From positions 800,001 to 864,000 of the forward strand of contig CAWJKZ010000014.1 of NCBI GenBank assembly GCA_963843575.1: DNA of 64,000 bases, given 5' to 3'. Below the pieces are notes generated by a model. It had not been told where the DNA came from, made no database searches, and was given only the letters and a program-made list of their open reading frames with translations. The translations under genes were made by a program, and so were the position numbers. This DNA is from an uncultured Acidobacteriota bacterium (GTDB lineage: Bacteria > Acidobacteriota > UBA6911). Shown one piece after another: positions 30,209 to 39,884 of the stretch. The first letter of the stretch is position 1. Each line of letters starts with the position of its first letter.

Positions 30209-30924
30209 TCGATGCCAGGTCGCGGCTGATCGTCGCACTCGATCTCCCCGACAGGGAGAACGCCCTCGAAATGACGCGCCGCCTGCAGGGGTGCGCTGGG
30301 TGGGTAAAGGTGGGACTGCAGCTGTTTGTGGCCGAAGGGCCGCGGCTGATCGAAGAACTCCGGGCGATGGGGCCGTCCGTTTTCCTCGATCTCAAGCTGC
30401 ACGACATTCCCAACACCGTCGCCGGCGCGGTCCGCTCCGCCTGCCGCCTCGGGGTAGGGATGCTGACCCTGCACGCCTCGGGAGGGCCGAAGATGCTGCA
30501 AGCCGCCCGCGCGGCCGCTGCGGAGTCGGCCGCCCCTCCCCTCCTCCTCGCCGTCACGGTCCTCACAAGTCTCAATTCCGAGGACTGTGAGGCGGTCGGC
30601 GTCGACACGACGCCCGCGCAGTGGGTGCGACGGCTCGCCGAGATGGCCCACGGCGCCGGGCTCCGCGGCATGGTGGCTTCCCCGCTCGAAGCCCCGCTCC
30701 TCAGGCGGGCGTTCGGTTCTTCGGTCCAGCTGGTCATCCCCGGCATCCGCCCTGCCGCCTCCGCGGCGCAGGACCAGTCGCGCACCGCGGCGCCCGCTGA
30801 CGCCATCCGTGCGGGCGCCGACTACCTGGTGGTCGGACGCCCCATCCTTCAGGCACCCGACCCTGCGGCCGCAGCGGACGCCGTGGTCGCGGCAATGGCC
30901 CAGGGGTTCGCCGGCTCCCGCTAG
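30205..30924 (+). CDS. pyrF: Orotidine-5'-phosphate decarboxylase
   Basis: LIVALD, FLDLKLHDIPNTV, VTVLTS, PGIRP, VVGRPI. Confidence 0.96.
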   Translation: MIDARSRLIVALDLPDRENALEMTRRLQGCAGWVKVGLQLFVAEGPRLIEELRAMGPSVFLDLKLHDIPNTVAGAVRSACRLGVGMLTLHASGGPKMLQAARAAAAESAAPPLLLAVTVLTSLNSEDCEAVGVDTTPAQWVRRLAEMAHGAGLRGMVASPLEAPLLRRAFGSSVQLVIPGIRPAASAAQDQSRTAAPADAIRAGADYLVVGRPILQAPDPAAAADAVVAAMAQGFAGSR

Positions 30925-30958
30925 AGGCCGCAACGGCCTGCCGCCGCGGCGGGCGCGC

Positions 30959-31522
30959 TCAATACCAGAAGTTGCGCGACCGAGACCTCTGCAGGATGCG
31001 CCGCGCGTACTCGCGCGTCTTCGGAAAATCGACGAGGGACAGGAAGTAACGCTCTTCGGAAACACCCGGCGGCGGTGGCTTCGCGAGGGCGCTTTGCAGC
31101 CACGAATCGGCCCGCATCTCCCCCGCGTTGTAGCGCAGCAGGGCAAAAAGGGTCGGAGCCGGCGACGATCGGTAGCGGTCGAGGGACTGGCGCAGATACC
31201 AGCACCCGATCTCGATGTTCAACTCGGGCTCGATCAGGCGCGCCTCGGGGAAGGGATCGAATCCTTTCCGGTCGGAGAAGTCCCTGGCAGCCGCCGCGGT
31301 GATCTGCATGAGTCCGATTTCGCCCGCGCTCCCCCGGCTGTCGGACTGGAACCAGCTTTCCTCGAAAACAAGCGCCTTCACCAGGTCGAATTCGATGCCG
31401 TAGCGGTCGGCCGAAAGCCCGATCATGTCGTCGTATCGGGTCGTGTGCCAGTGCAGCCAGAGCAGCGTTGCGAGCACCACCCCCAGGACGATACTTCCGA
31501 GCCAAAGGCGCCCGTGTGGCAT
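30959..31522 (-). CDS. Lytic transglycosylase (SLT domain) with N-terminal membrane anchor
   Basis: ALVFEES, GEIGLMQI, NIEIGCWYL, YNAG, FPKTREY. Confidence 0.88.
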   Translation of the reverse strand: MPHGRLWLGSIVLGVVLATLLWLHWHTTRYDDMIGLSADRYGIEFDLVKALVFEESWFQSDSRGSAGEIGLMQITAAAARDFSDRKGFDPFPEARLIEPELNIEIGCWYLRQSLDRYRSSPAPTLFALLRYNAGEMRADSWLQSALAKPPPPGVSEERYFLSLVDFPKTREYARRILQRSRSRNFWY

Positions 31523-31866
31523 CAGGAAACCTCATGCACGAGGGTCACGCCGCGCCGTGGACAGGGGTGGGGTAGAAACAACTTCCGAAGCGCAAGGTTC
31601 ATCAGGAAGATTGATGTTACGCCTTTAGCCGTTGTCAGTCAAAGTTTTTGGCTTTCATGGAGATACGAGAATCGGCCGCGCCCTTTGCCCACCGTGGCGA
31701 ATGCCTCGCACCTTTCAGATCCCGTCTGGCCGGAACCGGATTCCGGCTCACGGGGGGTGATTTTGGGGGACCTTGCCCCCTGGGAGCTCCCGGTACACGC
31801 GGAGGGAAAAACTGGAGAGCGCTGCCCGGGCCCGGACCGATCGGCAGGCGGGCAACACCGCGCCCG

Positions 31867-32472
31867 TCACAGTTTATCGAGCAGTTCTTTCTTCTTAGCC
31901 TCGAATTCGGACTCCGAGATTATTTTGCTGTCCCGCAGCCCCGCCAGGTTCTGCAGAAGCGCCGGGATGTCCTCGCGGGGATACGGGGAGGGCGGCAGTC
32001 CGGCGGTCGGCAGCCGCTTTTCCCGCTGGCTCAGGATGCTGTTCTTGAAGCGCACCGGATCGGGGATGAATTCGAACAGCGTGGTTCCTTGTTCGCTGGC
32101 GGTCTCGAGCCCAACGCTCCCAAACCCGAATACTCTGCCGAGCAGGCTCTGCTCGTGGAACACGTTGTTTATTTTGTCCAGCGACGCGTCGTAGGAGTAG
32201 TTCGTAAATACGCCTTCCTGCCTCACCACCCGCCGGTCGGTTACGATGTATTCAAGGCTGCGCCGCACTATGATCTCCCACAACAGATAGAAGAGCGGCA
32301 CGACATCAAACAGGAGAATCCAATACCGACCATCGAGTGCGTAGGCAAGCGCACCCAGTATCACCAGCGAGACGATGTTCAGCACGACGGGTTTGACCAG
32401 GACAAGGGCGTGCTGGTGCGTAACGATGATCAGGTTCTCGTCGGGAAGGAGCTGGTTCTTCGCAAACGGCAT
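31867..32472 (-). CDS. Membrane protein with bacterial PH domain and C-terminal SHOCT domain
   Basis: Two TMs, EYIVTDRRVV...QSLLGRVFGFGSV, LAGLRDSKIISESEFEAKKKELL. Confidence 0.85.
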   Translation of the reverse strand: MPFAKNQLLPDENLIIVTHQHALVLVKPVVLNIVSLVILGALAYALDGRYWILLFDVVPLFYLLWEIIVRRSLEYIVTDRRVVRQEGVFTNYSYDASLDKINNVFHEQSLLGRVFGFGSVGLETASEQGTTLFEFIPDPVRFKNSILSQREKRLPTAGLPPSPYPREDIPALLQNLAGLRDSKIISESEFEAKKKELLDKL

Positions 32473-32582
32473 CTCGAAGTCCCTCGCGATTCTCTTCAGG
32501 CGACAGCCAGACCACGCCAACCAGCTAACGGGTGGCCGAGAACTCGGCCACCCGGGGGGAGGCGAGGGCCCGAACGCGGGGG

Positions 32583-32837
32583 TTACTTGTTTTCCGCCGC
32601 CTTCTGCTTGCGCCAGTTCTCCCAGTAAGCCTTCATACGCTTGGACCGTTTGCTTCTCTCGGCGCGCGTCAGTCGGGAACGTTTCCGGGCAACAGCCTTG
32701 GCCACGCGCTTTGACCTTCCGTTCCGGGCCCCACCCAATTCTCCCGTTATAAGTGCGATCTCCGCATCGATCTGCTGTTTCTTGATCACAAGTGATTCCA
32801 TCGCCAATTCCAGCAATCTGCGCCGTTCAGGTGTCAT
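32583..32837 (-). CDS. Small basic coiled-coil protein, possible nucleoid-associated protein
   Basis: MTPERRRLLELAMESLVIKKQQIDAEIALI followed by K/R-rich tail RSKRSKRMKAYWENWRK; GAGAGG RBS. Confidence 0.65.
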   Translation of the reverse strand: MTPERRRLLELAMESLVIKKQQIDAEIALITGELGGARNGRSKRVAKAVARKRSRLTRAERSKRSKRMKAYWENWRKQKAAENK

Positions 32838-33004
32838 ATGCAATCCTCTCATTCGGATATTAATAGCCGGCGCGCATTGTAGTTAGTAATTAGGAAATAA
32901 TCAATACGGGAGTGTTTCCCGGATCACTGGTGAAGTCCTCAATTTGGTAAGTACCCGATTTTTGCTCGCACCCTGAGTACACAGTCTCATAAGTACGCTG
33001 CCGA

Positions 33005-33168
33005 ATTTTTCAGGACGCATATCAACACGGGCAACGAAAGACAAAAGCCAAAACAGAACGCGGATGCCGCGGATCCAACGGATTCACGCGGATGGCCGGA
33101 AAACGCCGTACGCGGCCTCTCGCCAGGTCGATCCGTGGGGATCCGCGCGCATCCGCGTCCTGAAAAAT
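33005..33168. repeat. Palindromic intergenic element with 14-bp terminal inverted repeats and periodic CGGAT units
   Basis: atttttcaggacgc (33005-33018) / gcgtcctgaaaaat (33155-33168) perfect IR; four (CG)CGGAT units opposed by three ATCCG(CG) units. Confidence 0.7.
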
Positions 33169-33487
33169 GAACATCAGAACATCAGTACTAAAGAACGAAT
33201 AAGGGGCTAAACATTGCCGGGTGGCCTGACGATATGGAGGGTGATCAGAGAACAAGATCCCGAAAAGGGACATCATTATTCCCGTCGAGTTATGCGCGGG
33301 ACGCTGAGTTTCAGGCGGAGAAGCGCTCGGTTTTACTAAACGGGTGAGGGGACCGCCTGCCACACAGTGCTCCCGCGCGCCAATTCCTCGTATACACGTC
33401 CCGCCGACACACCCGCTGAACCATTGACATGTAACGGTATTAGTCAGGAATCAATCAGGCGCTGGAACCAGGTGCGGCGGCCACGAA

Positions 33488-33817
33488 CTAATCGTCTGGA
33501 AAAGCCGTCGTTCCCGCCTGGCCCTGGCGTCCGGCGCCGGGCAGCAGATACTTGCGCAACAACAGCCACAGATAGGTGGTGCTGGCTCCGACCGCGAACA
33601 TGATGATGATGTTGTTTTCAAGGCTCGGCGCGTAGACGGTGTACCGGTAGTAGGCGCTGAAGGCTCCCATGACGAAACTCAGGGCAGCGAGGAAGCCGGA
33701 GAGCATGCCATCCGGTGCAGTCGGGGTGCGGAACCGTTCCCAGCCCAGGCAAACAAGGTAGGATGAGGAGGCAGCGGCGATTGCGGGAAGCAGCCACTTG
33801 TCCAGCGACAAAAACAT
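33488..33817 (-). CDS. Hypothetical membrane protein (about three TMs)
   Basis: GGAGG RBS before ATG 33817; hydrophobic segments. Confidence 0.55.
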   Translation of the reverse strand: MFLSLDKWLLPAIAAASSSYLVCLGWERFRTPTAPDGMLSGFLAALSFVMGAFSAYYRYTVYAPSLENNIIIMFAVGASTTYLWLLLRKYLLPGAGRQGQAGTTAFPDD

Positions 33818-33990
33818 GGATCCTCCGTCGGTACAGCGTGCCCTCTGTCGCGGGGGGGCGGGTCGCACGGGCATTCCTTTTTTCAGAATACCACGGCGCC
33901 ATCCTCCTGGGGAGAGTCCCGAGTGCCTCGCCCGGTCTATGGGGTGCTATAATGCAGACTCGAATCCAATCCCCGCCAACGAGGTGTGTA

Positions 33991-35517
33991 ATGAAGCAAT
34001 TTCTACCCAGTGTATTGGAACTGATAGTGCAGACTTCCGCCAATTTGCCCGCCGACGTGCGTGAGGCCATGAGCGCCGCGGTGCAGACGGAATTCCGGGG
34101 CAGCCAGGCCGCATCGGCGCTGGACGTGATCGCGACCAACATCGACATGGCCGCATCGTGCGAGAGCCCGATCTGCCAGGACACGGGCATGCTCACTTTC
34201 GAAATCAGGCTGCCGGGCGGGTGTAATCAGATCCAGGCGGCCCGGGAGATCCGCGAGGCGGTCGCCGAAGCGACGCGCCGCGGCAAACTGCGCCCGAACT
34301 CCGTGGATTCCATTACCGGGAAAAACAGCGGCAATAATCTCGGGCCAGGCACGCCCGTGATTCACTTCACGCAATGGGAGAACGAGCGCGAGGTCGAAGT
34401 GAAACTCCTCTTAAAGGGGGGGGGATGCGAGAATAAGAACATCCAATACTCGGTGCCGTGCGAATTGCCACACCTGGGAAGGGTCGACCGCAACCTCGAC
34501 GGGGTGCGCAAGTGCATACTGCACGCGGTCTGGCAGGCACAAGGACAGGGTTGTTCGGCCGGGGCCCTGGGGGTGTGCATAGGCGGAGACAGGAGTTCGG
34601 GCTATCAGCACGCCAAGGAGCAATTGTTCCGCACCCTGGACGACAAGAATCCGGACCCCAAACTCGCCGCGCTCGAAGACTACATCCTCTCCGCGTCGAA
34701 CACTCTAGGCATCGGCACGATGGGGTTTGGCGGCGCCGTGACTTTGCTTGGCTGCAAGATAGGCGCCCTCAACCGCCTCCCCGCCTGTTTCTTTGTCTCC
34801 GTGGCGTATGACTGCTGGGCTTTCCGGCGGCTGGGAGTGGTGCTCGACGCCGCCACCGGCGAGATCAAACGATGGTTGTATCGGGACCCGTCTCTGGCCG
34901 AACCGAAGATCGCGGTCGGGCAGGGATTCGTCCGTACCGGGAGCGAAGTTGAACTGCATTCGCCGCTGGCCGAATCCGACGTGCGGAAACTGAAGGTCGG
35001 CGACATCGTACTGCTGAGCGGCGACATGTACACGGGTCGCGACTCGGTGCATTCCTACCTGATGAAAAACCCGGCCCCGGTGGACCTCAACGGCGCCGTC
35101 CTTTATCACTGCGGCCCCGTCGTGCTGAAGGAGAACGGGTCGTGGAAAATGACCGCCGCGGGACCAACGACCTCAATCCGGGAAGAGCCCTATCAGGCCG
35201 AGGTGATCAAACGCTTCGGCATCCGGGCGATCGTCGGCAAGGGAGGCATGGGTCCCAGGACCCTCGCGGGCCTCAAGGACTTCGGGGCGGTGTACCTGAA
35301 CGCCATCGGGGGGGCCGCACAGTACTACGCCCGTTGCATCCTCGGGGTCAAGGACGTGCACCTGCTCGAATTCGGCATCCCGGAAGCAATGTGGCACATG
35401 CAGGTCGAGGGGTTCCCTGCGGTCGTCACCATGGATGCACACGGCAACTCGCTTCACGCGGATGTCGAGAAAGCCTCGGCCACGCTTCTAGCCAAACTCG
35501 CCGACCCGGTGTTCTGA
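33991..35517 (+). CDS. Class I (Fe-S) fumarate hydratase, fused alpha/beta
   Basis: PICQDTG, LRPNSVD, KGGGCEN, GQGC, TGRD, GPTTSIREEPY, GKGGMG. Confidence 0.93.
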   Translation: MKQFLPSVLELIVQTSANLPADVREAMSAAVQTEFRGSQAASALDVIATNIDMAASCESPICQDTGMLTFEIRLPGGCNQIQAAREIREAVAEATRRGKLRPNSVDSITGKNSGNNLGPGTPVIHFTQWENEREVEVKLLLKGGGCENKNIQYSVPCELPHLGRVDRNLDGVRKCILHAVWQAQGQGCSAGALGVCIGGDRSSGYQHAKEQLFRTLDDKNPDPKLAALEDYILSASNTLGIGTMGFGGAVTLLGCKIGALNRLPACFFVSVAYDCWAFRRLGVVLDAATGEIKRWLYRDPSLAEPKIAVGQGFVRTGSEVELHSPLAESDVRKLKVGDIVLLSGDMYTGRDSVHSYLMKNPAPVDLNGAVLYHCGPVVLKENGSWKMTAAGPTTSIREEPYQAEVIKRFGIRAIVGKGGMGPRTLAGLKDFGAVYLNAIGGAAQYYARCILGVKDVHLLEFGIPEAMWHMQVEGFPAVVTMDAHGNSLHADVEKASATLLAKLADPVF

Positions 35518-35551
35518 GGCCGGCCAATGGACCTCCCGCGTCCGTGATCGC

Positions 35552-36079
35552 CTAGTTTGCCGCGGCAAAGTCGGCCAGCACGCCTTCCAGCTGGCGGTCG
35601 CCCCAGGCCAGGACGAGGAGACCCTTGTTGTTTGTCTCGCCATGCCCGGCCGAAACATCCAGGAGGAGGTGGTCGACCACCGGACGCCCACCCAACGAGC
35701 GCGTCTGCAGCTCAACCGCCTTGGTCATGTCGGGCTGGGTGTTTCTGTCGGCCGGGGCGGGGATCAGGATCAGGGTCCAGCTGTCGGCCGTCTGGGCGCG
35801 CGCGCGCAAAAGGTACTTCCCTGCCGGAATCTCGACGGCGCCGGGCTTGACCGCCTTGCTCAACTCGACGGTGGCGTTGCCACAGTTGAAAATAAACCCG
35901 TCCTTCACCTCGGCCAGGTGCACGGGATTCCACGGATAGGTCGTGTAATCCAGTTTGACCTCGAGATCGGGCATCCTGGCCACGACGGTCTTTCTGAAAT
36001 GCGGATGTGCGCCCGCCAGGGCGGCAAGCGCCGCCAGCACTGCCACGACAGCGGCGACAGTCTTGAGTCTTCTTGACAT
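35552..36079 (-). CDS. Exported protein, DUF2911-like beta protein
   Basis: Signal peptide ending AGA; GNATVEL...VEIPAGKYLL...WTLIL...LVLAWGD; GGAGG RBS. Confidence 0.6.
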   Translation of the reverse strand: MSRRLKTVAAVVAVLAALAALAGAHPHFRKTVVARMPDLEVKLDYTTYPWNPVHLAEVKDGFIFNCGNATVELSKAVKPGAVEIPAGKYLLRARAQTADSWTLILIPAPADRNTQPDMTKAVELQTRSLGGRPVVDHLLLDVSAGHGETNNKGLLVLAWGDRQLEGVLADFAAAN

Positions 36080-36207
36080 GCGACCTCCTTAGGTTGTAGA
36101 CAAGTCTGATGTTTCTGGTGTTCTGCTCGCCCCGAGTCGAGTTGTCAGTGTACCAAATCCGCAGAATGGCCGGGCAGGTTTAAGGCAAACAGGATGGGGG
36201 GAAATTC

Positions 36208-37096
36208 ATGAACCGAAACACCCGGAGAGGATTCCTTCTGAACACTGCAGCGGGCGCGGGCGTCCTGGGCGCGTGGCACACGCTGGACCGCGCGACGAAG
36301 GAGGGCCTGGCATCGCCCGCCGCGCCCATGAAAGTCGGTATCGTCACCTACAACATCGCCAAGGACTGGGACGTCCCCACGATCATCAAGAACTGTACCG
36401 AGACCAGGTTCGACGGTGTCGAGCTTCGGACCGGGCATGCTCACAAGGTCGAGATCGCTCTGACGCCGGACCAGCGTCGCGAGATCAGGGCGCGGTTCGC
36501 GGACTCGTCGGTCCGGATCGCCCAGTTGGGGAGCACGTATGAGTTTCACTCGCTGGATCCCGCCGAGGTGCGGAAAAACATAGAAGGATGCAAGGACTAC
36601 ATCCAGCTCGCCCGCGATGTCGGCGCACCGGCGGTGAAGGTGCGGCCCAACGGGCTGCAGCTCAAGGCGGGTGTCCCGGTCGAGAAAACCCTGGAACAGA
36701 TCGGCCGGTCGCTCGCGGAATTGGGCAAGACCGGTGCGGATCAGGGCATAGAAATCCGCGTCGAGGTGCACGGATCGGGAACAGCGCGCGTCGAGTACAT
36801 CCAGAAAGTAATGCAGGTCGCCGACCACCCAATGGTCACCGTGAACTGGAACTCCAACCCGTCCGACCTCGAAGGCGGCTCCCTGGAGCAGAACTTCGTC
36901 CGGGTGTCCGGGAAGATCCGCCACGTGCACATGCGCGACCTCTTTGAACCGGATTATCCGTGGCGCAGGCTCATCGCCCTTCTGGGAGGAATCAACTTCG
37001 CCGGATACTGCTGCGCCGAAATCCCCGAAAGCCCCGATCCGCTGCGGGTGATGCGCTATTTCCGGGCTCTGTTCCTGGCCTATCAGGGCAGCATAG
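36208..37096 (+). CDS. Tat-exported sugar phosphate isomerase/epimerase (xylose isomerase-like TIM barrel); apparent 3' read-through to 37734 is probably an indel artefact
   Basis: TRRGFLL Tat motif; FDGVELRTGHAH, IRVEVHG, VNWNSN, IRHVHMRD, GYCCAEI. Confidence 0.8.
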
Positions 37097-37204
37097 CCGG
37101 CGGACGCAGGGCCGCCGAGATTCCCAAAGGAATGCGGCGCTCCCCCTGCCTCGCTTTGCCGCTTGCGTCCGATTGCGGTAAACTGTGCCTCAAGCGAGGT
37201 AGAG

Positions 37205-37960
37205 ATGACCGGGGTCTTCCTCAAATGCGCGGCCGCGTTGCTGCTCTCTGGCGCGGCCGGCGGTCACGGAGGGTGCACCACGGACAGGTCAAGCGTGAGC
37301 GAGGTCCAGGATACGACTGGATTTGCCGCCATGCGCGAACGGATGGTCGACCAGCAATTGCGCGCTCGCGACATCACAGACCCCAGGGTGCTCGCGGCCA
37401 TGCTGAAGGTACCCCGCCACGAGTTCGTCCCCCACGACATGCTCCCGTCCGCGTACGACGACAGTGCCCTGCCGTTGGCCCTTGGGCAAACCGTTTCGCA
37501 GCCCTACATCGTAGGATTCATGACGCAGGCCCTCGGCCTGGAAGGCTCGGAGCGCGTGCTGGAGATTGGGACCGGCTCAGGCTACCAGGCAGCCGTACTC
37601 GCGGAGATCGTCCCGCAGGTATATACCATCGAGATACTGCCGGAACTGACGGAGCGCGCGCGCACGATCCTGCAGTCGCTCGGTTACCACAACATTCAGT
37701 TCCGAACAGGAGACGGATACCAAGGGTGGCCTGACGCCGCTCCGTTTGACGCGATCATCGTCACGGCCGCCCCGGACCACATTCCCCAGCCGCTCGTGGA
37801 CCAGCTGAAACCCGGCGGACGGATGGTTCTGCCGGTGGGACGGTTGGAGCAGGAACTCGTGGTCGTCGAAAAGACCGAGTCCGGGACCCACCGCAGGTCC
37901 ACCATACCAGTCCGGTTCGTGCCCATGACGGGGCGAGCCCTGCAGGGACCCCCGAAGTAG
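37205..37960 (+). CDS. pcm: Protein-L-isoaspartate O-methyltransferase
   Basis: VPRHEFVP, GQTVSQPY, VLEIGTGSGYQAA, APFDAIIVTAA, VRFVPM. Confidence 0.95.
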   Translation: MTGVFLKCAAALLLSGAAGGHGGCTTDRSSVSEVQDTTGFAAMRERMVDQQLRARDITDPRVLAAMLKVPRHEFVPHDMLPSAYDDSALPLALGQTVSQPYIVGFMTQALGLEGSERVLEIGTGSGYQAAVLAEIVPQVYTIEILPELTERARTILQSLGYHNIQFRTGDGYQGWPDAAPFDAIIVTAAPDHIPQPLVDQLKPGGRMVLPVGRLEQELVVVEKTESGTHRRSTIPVRFVPMTGRALQGPPK

Positions 37961-38294
37961 CTCGCTGCAGTCGCCCGAAGGCAGCCCGCCGCCCCAGGTC
38001 GAGGCGATCCTGCCGGCGCAAGTGCCCAATCCGATCGGGACGAAATCCGGGGCGGCGCGCCAGCTGCGCTCTGATGGAATCCATCGCGCCCCCCGGGGTA
38101 CGGGGACCGGGTCCAAAGGCGCGGCGAACGCGGGACGCGAAACCGCACGGGCAAACGGCGGCGGCGAGCTTCCCGGGCGCGGCGCGGGATCGGGTCTTGA
38201 GAATTTCCGTGTTCTGAGCAACAGTAAGTCGGTCATGGATTGGGTCCACGGCCCTGCCTTGGTATTATGGAGCGTGGGATTCGAAGGAGGAACT

Positions 38295-39506
38295 ATGAAT
38301 CGCGAGGAGAGGTCGCTTCCAACCAGCCAGACCGAGAGGATTGGCGCTGCCCTCGACGGATTCAAGATCGAGCTCCCATCCTGGGGCTTCGCCAACACCG
38401 GGACGCGGTTCGGCAAGTTTCTTCAACCCGCTGCGGCCACGACCATCGAGGAAAAACTCCGCGACGCCGGTCAGGTCCACGCCTACACCGGGTGTTGCCC
38501 GACCGTGGCCGTCCATGTGCTCTGGGATTTCAAAAACGGGCTCCAGGACGTCCCACGCACGATTGAGGCGGCGACGCGGCACGGCGTGCGGATCGGGGCG
38601 ATCAATCCCACGGTCTTCCAGGACCAGATCTACAAGCACGGGTCGCTCGGCAACCCGAACCCGGAGGTGCGCCGCCACGCGCTCGACCACATTCTGGACA
38701 GCATCGCCATCGGGTGCCAGTGCGGCAGCCGCGATGTCTCCCTGTGGTTCGGGGACGGCTCGAACTATCCGGGAACGGCCAACATCCGCCGTCGCCGGGA
38801 GTGGTTCGAAACCGCGCTGCGGGAAGCCCACAGCCAGCTCTCTCCCCACCAGCGGATGCTGATCGAGTACAAGCCGTTCGAGCCCGCCTTCTATCATACC
38901 GACATCGCCGACTGGGGGATGGCGCTGCTGCTGGCGCGCGCATCCGGACCGCAGGCCCGGGTGCTCGTGGACACGGGACACCACTACCAGGCGCAGAACA
39001 TCGAGCAGATCGTCGCCTGGCTGCTGGCCGAGGGGATGCTGGGCGGATTTCATTTCAACGATCGTCGCTACGCGGACGACGACCTGACCATCGGGTCGAT
39101 CGACCCTTACCAGGTCTTCCGTATTTTCCACGAGATTCTCTTCTTCGAGTGGGAGACAGGCACCCGCGCCGACATCGCCTACGTGGTCGACCAGAGCCAC
39201 AACCTGAAGGGCAAGATCGAGGCGATGATCCAGACGGCGACGACAGCTCAGGAGCTTTTCGCCAAGGCAGTGCTGGTGGATCACGAACTCCTGGCCGCGC
39301 ACCAGGAGGCGTGCGCGCTCGTCGATGCCGAGGAGTGCCTCAGGGCGGCTTTCTACACGGACGTCAGGCCGGCCGTGCGGGAGTGGCGGCGCGCCAAGGG
39401 GCTGCCTGCCGAACCTTTGCTCGCCTTCCGGCAGAGCGGATACATCGAGCGGGTGACGAAGGAACGCTCCGGTCGCGACGTGGGCACGGCATCCACCTAC
39501 GCCTGA
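38295..39506 (+). CDS. rhaI: L-rhamnose isomerase (RhaI type)
   Basis: ELPSWGFANTGTRF, VHVLWD, LWFGDG, IEYKPFEPAFYHTD, DTGHH, HFNDRRYADDDL, DQSHN. Confidence 0.88.
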   Translation: MNREERSLPTSQTERIGAALDGFKIELPSWGFANTGTRFGKFLQPAAATTIEEKLRDAGQVHAYTGCCPTVAVHVLWDFKNGLQDVPRTIEAATRHGVRIGAINPTVFQDQIYKHGSLGNPNPEVRRHALDHILDSIAIGCQCGSRDVSLWFGDGSNYPGTANIRRRREWFETALREAHSQLSPHQRMLIEYKPFEPAFYHTDIADWGMALLLARASGPQARVLVDTGHHYQAQNIEQIVAWLLAEGMLGGFHFNDRRYADDDLTIGSIDPYQVFRIFHEILFFEWETGTRADIAYVVDQSHNLKGKIEAMIQTATTAQELFAKAVLVDHELLAAHQEACALVDAEECLRAAFYTDVRPAVREWRRAKGLPAEPLLAFRQSGYIERVTKERSGRDVGTASTYA

Positions 39507-39532
39507 GGTACGGAGCGTCCGCCGGTGCCGTG

Positions 39533-39796
39533 CTATTTCAGCTTCACGTCCCACTCGTGCACCTCGAGCGAGCGCGCCCCCTGGTGGACGTACGGATCGT
39601 TCCGGGCGATCTTCGTCGCCTCGTCCAGCGATTCGGCGATATAGATCACCAGCCCCCCCGCCCCGTCCGTAAAGGGACCTCGCGCGAAGATATTCCCTCT
39701 GTGGGTCATCTCGTCCAAAAAGGCGAGGTGCTGGGGCCTGAGGTCCCGGCTCTTGGCGACGTCCAGCATTCTCAGCAACGCAGCGTAGTATTTCAT
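39533..39796 (-). CDS. YciI family protein
   Basis: LRPQHLAFL, GPFTDGAGGLVI, DPYV. Confidence 0.85.
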   Translation of the reverse strand: MKYYAALLRMLDVAKSRDLRPQHLAFLDEMTHRGNIFARGPFTDGAGGLVIYIAESLDEATKIARNDPYVHQGARSLEVHEWDVKLK

Positions 39797-39884
39797 TCGA
39801 CCTTCTCCCGGCGATGGGCCCGGACGGAGCCGGGCAGCGTCACTCAAACCGTTCGATCCGAGGCGAGATGCTCGGGCCGCGAGC

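Noticed and set aside
31523-31866. Intergenic region between the SLT and PH-domain genes as a riboswitch
   Set aside because: No conserved riboswitch core was recognised on either strand.
33057-33160. CRISPR array interpretation of the short repeats
   Set aside because: Units are ~9 nt, have no unique spacers, are arranged as inverted arms, and no cas genes are present.
33234-33347. 37-aa ORF starting MEGDQRTRSRK, reminiscent of a PilZ RxxxR remnant
   Set aside because: Too short, no DxSxxG motif and no clear RBS; cannot be supported.
36208-37734. 508-aa TIM barrel with long C-terminal extension
   Set aside because: The extension is Arg-rich low-information sequence overlapping pcm; a TAG lies one frame off at ~37094.
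38100-38200. c-di-GMP-I riboswitch-like words (GGACGC, GGGCAAAC) upstream of rhaI
   Set aside because: The motifs are in the wrong order and no convincing GNRA stem or receptor helix can be built.
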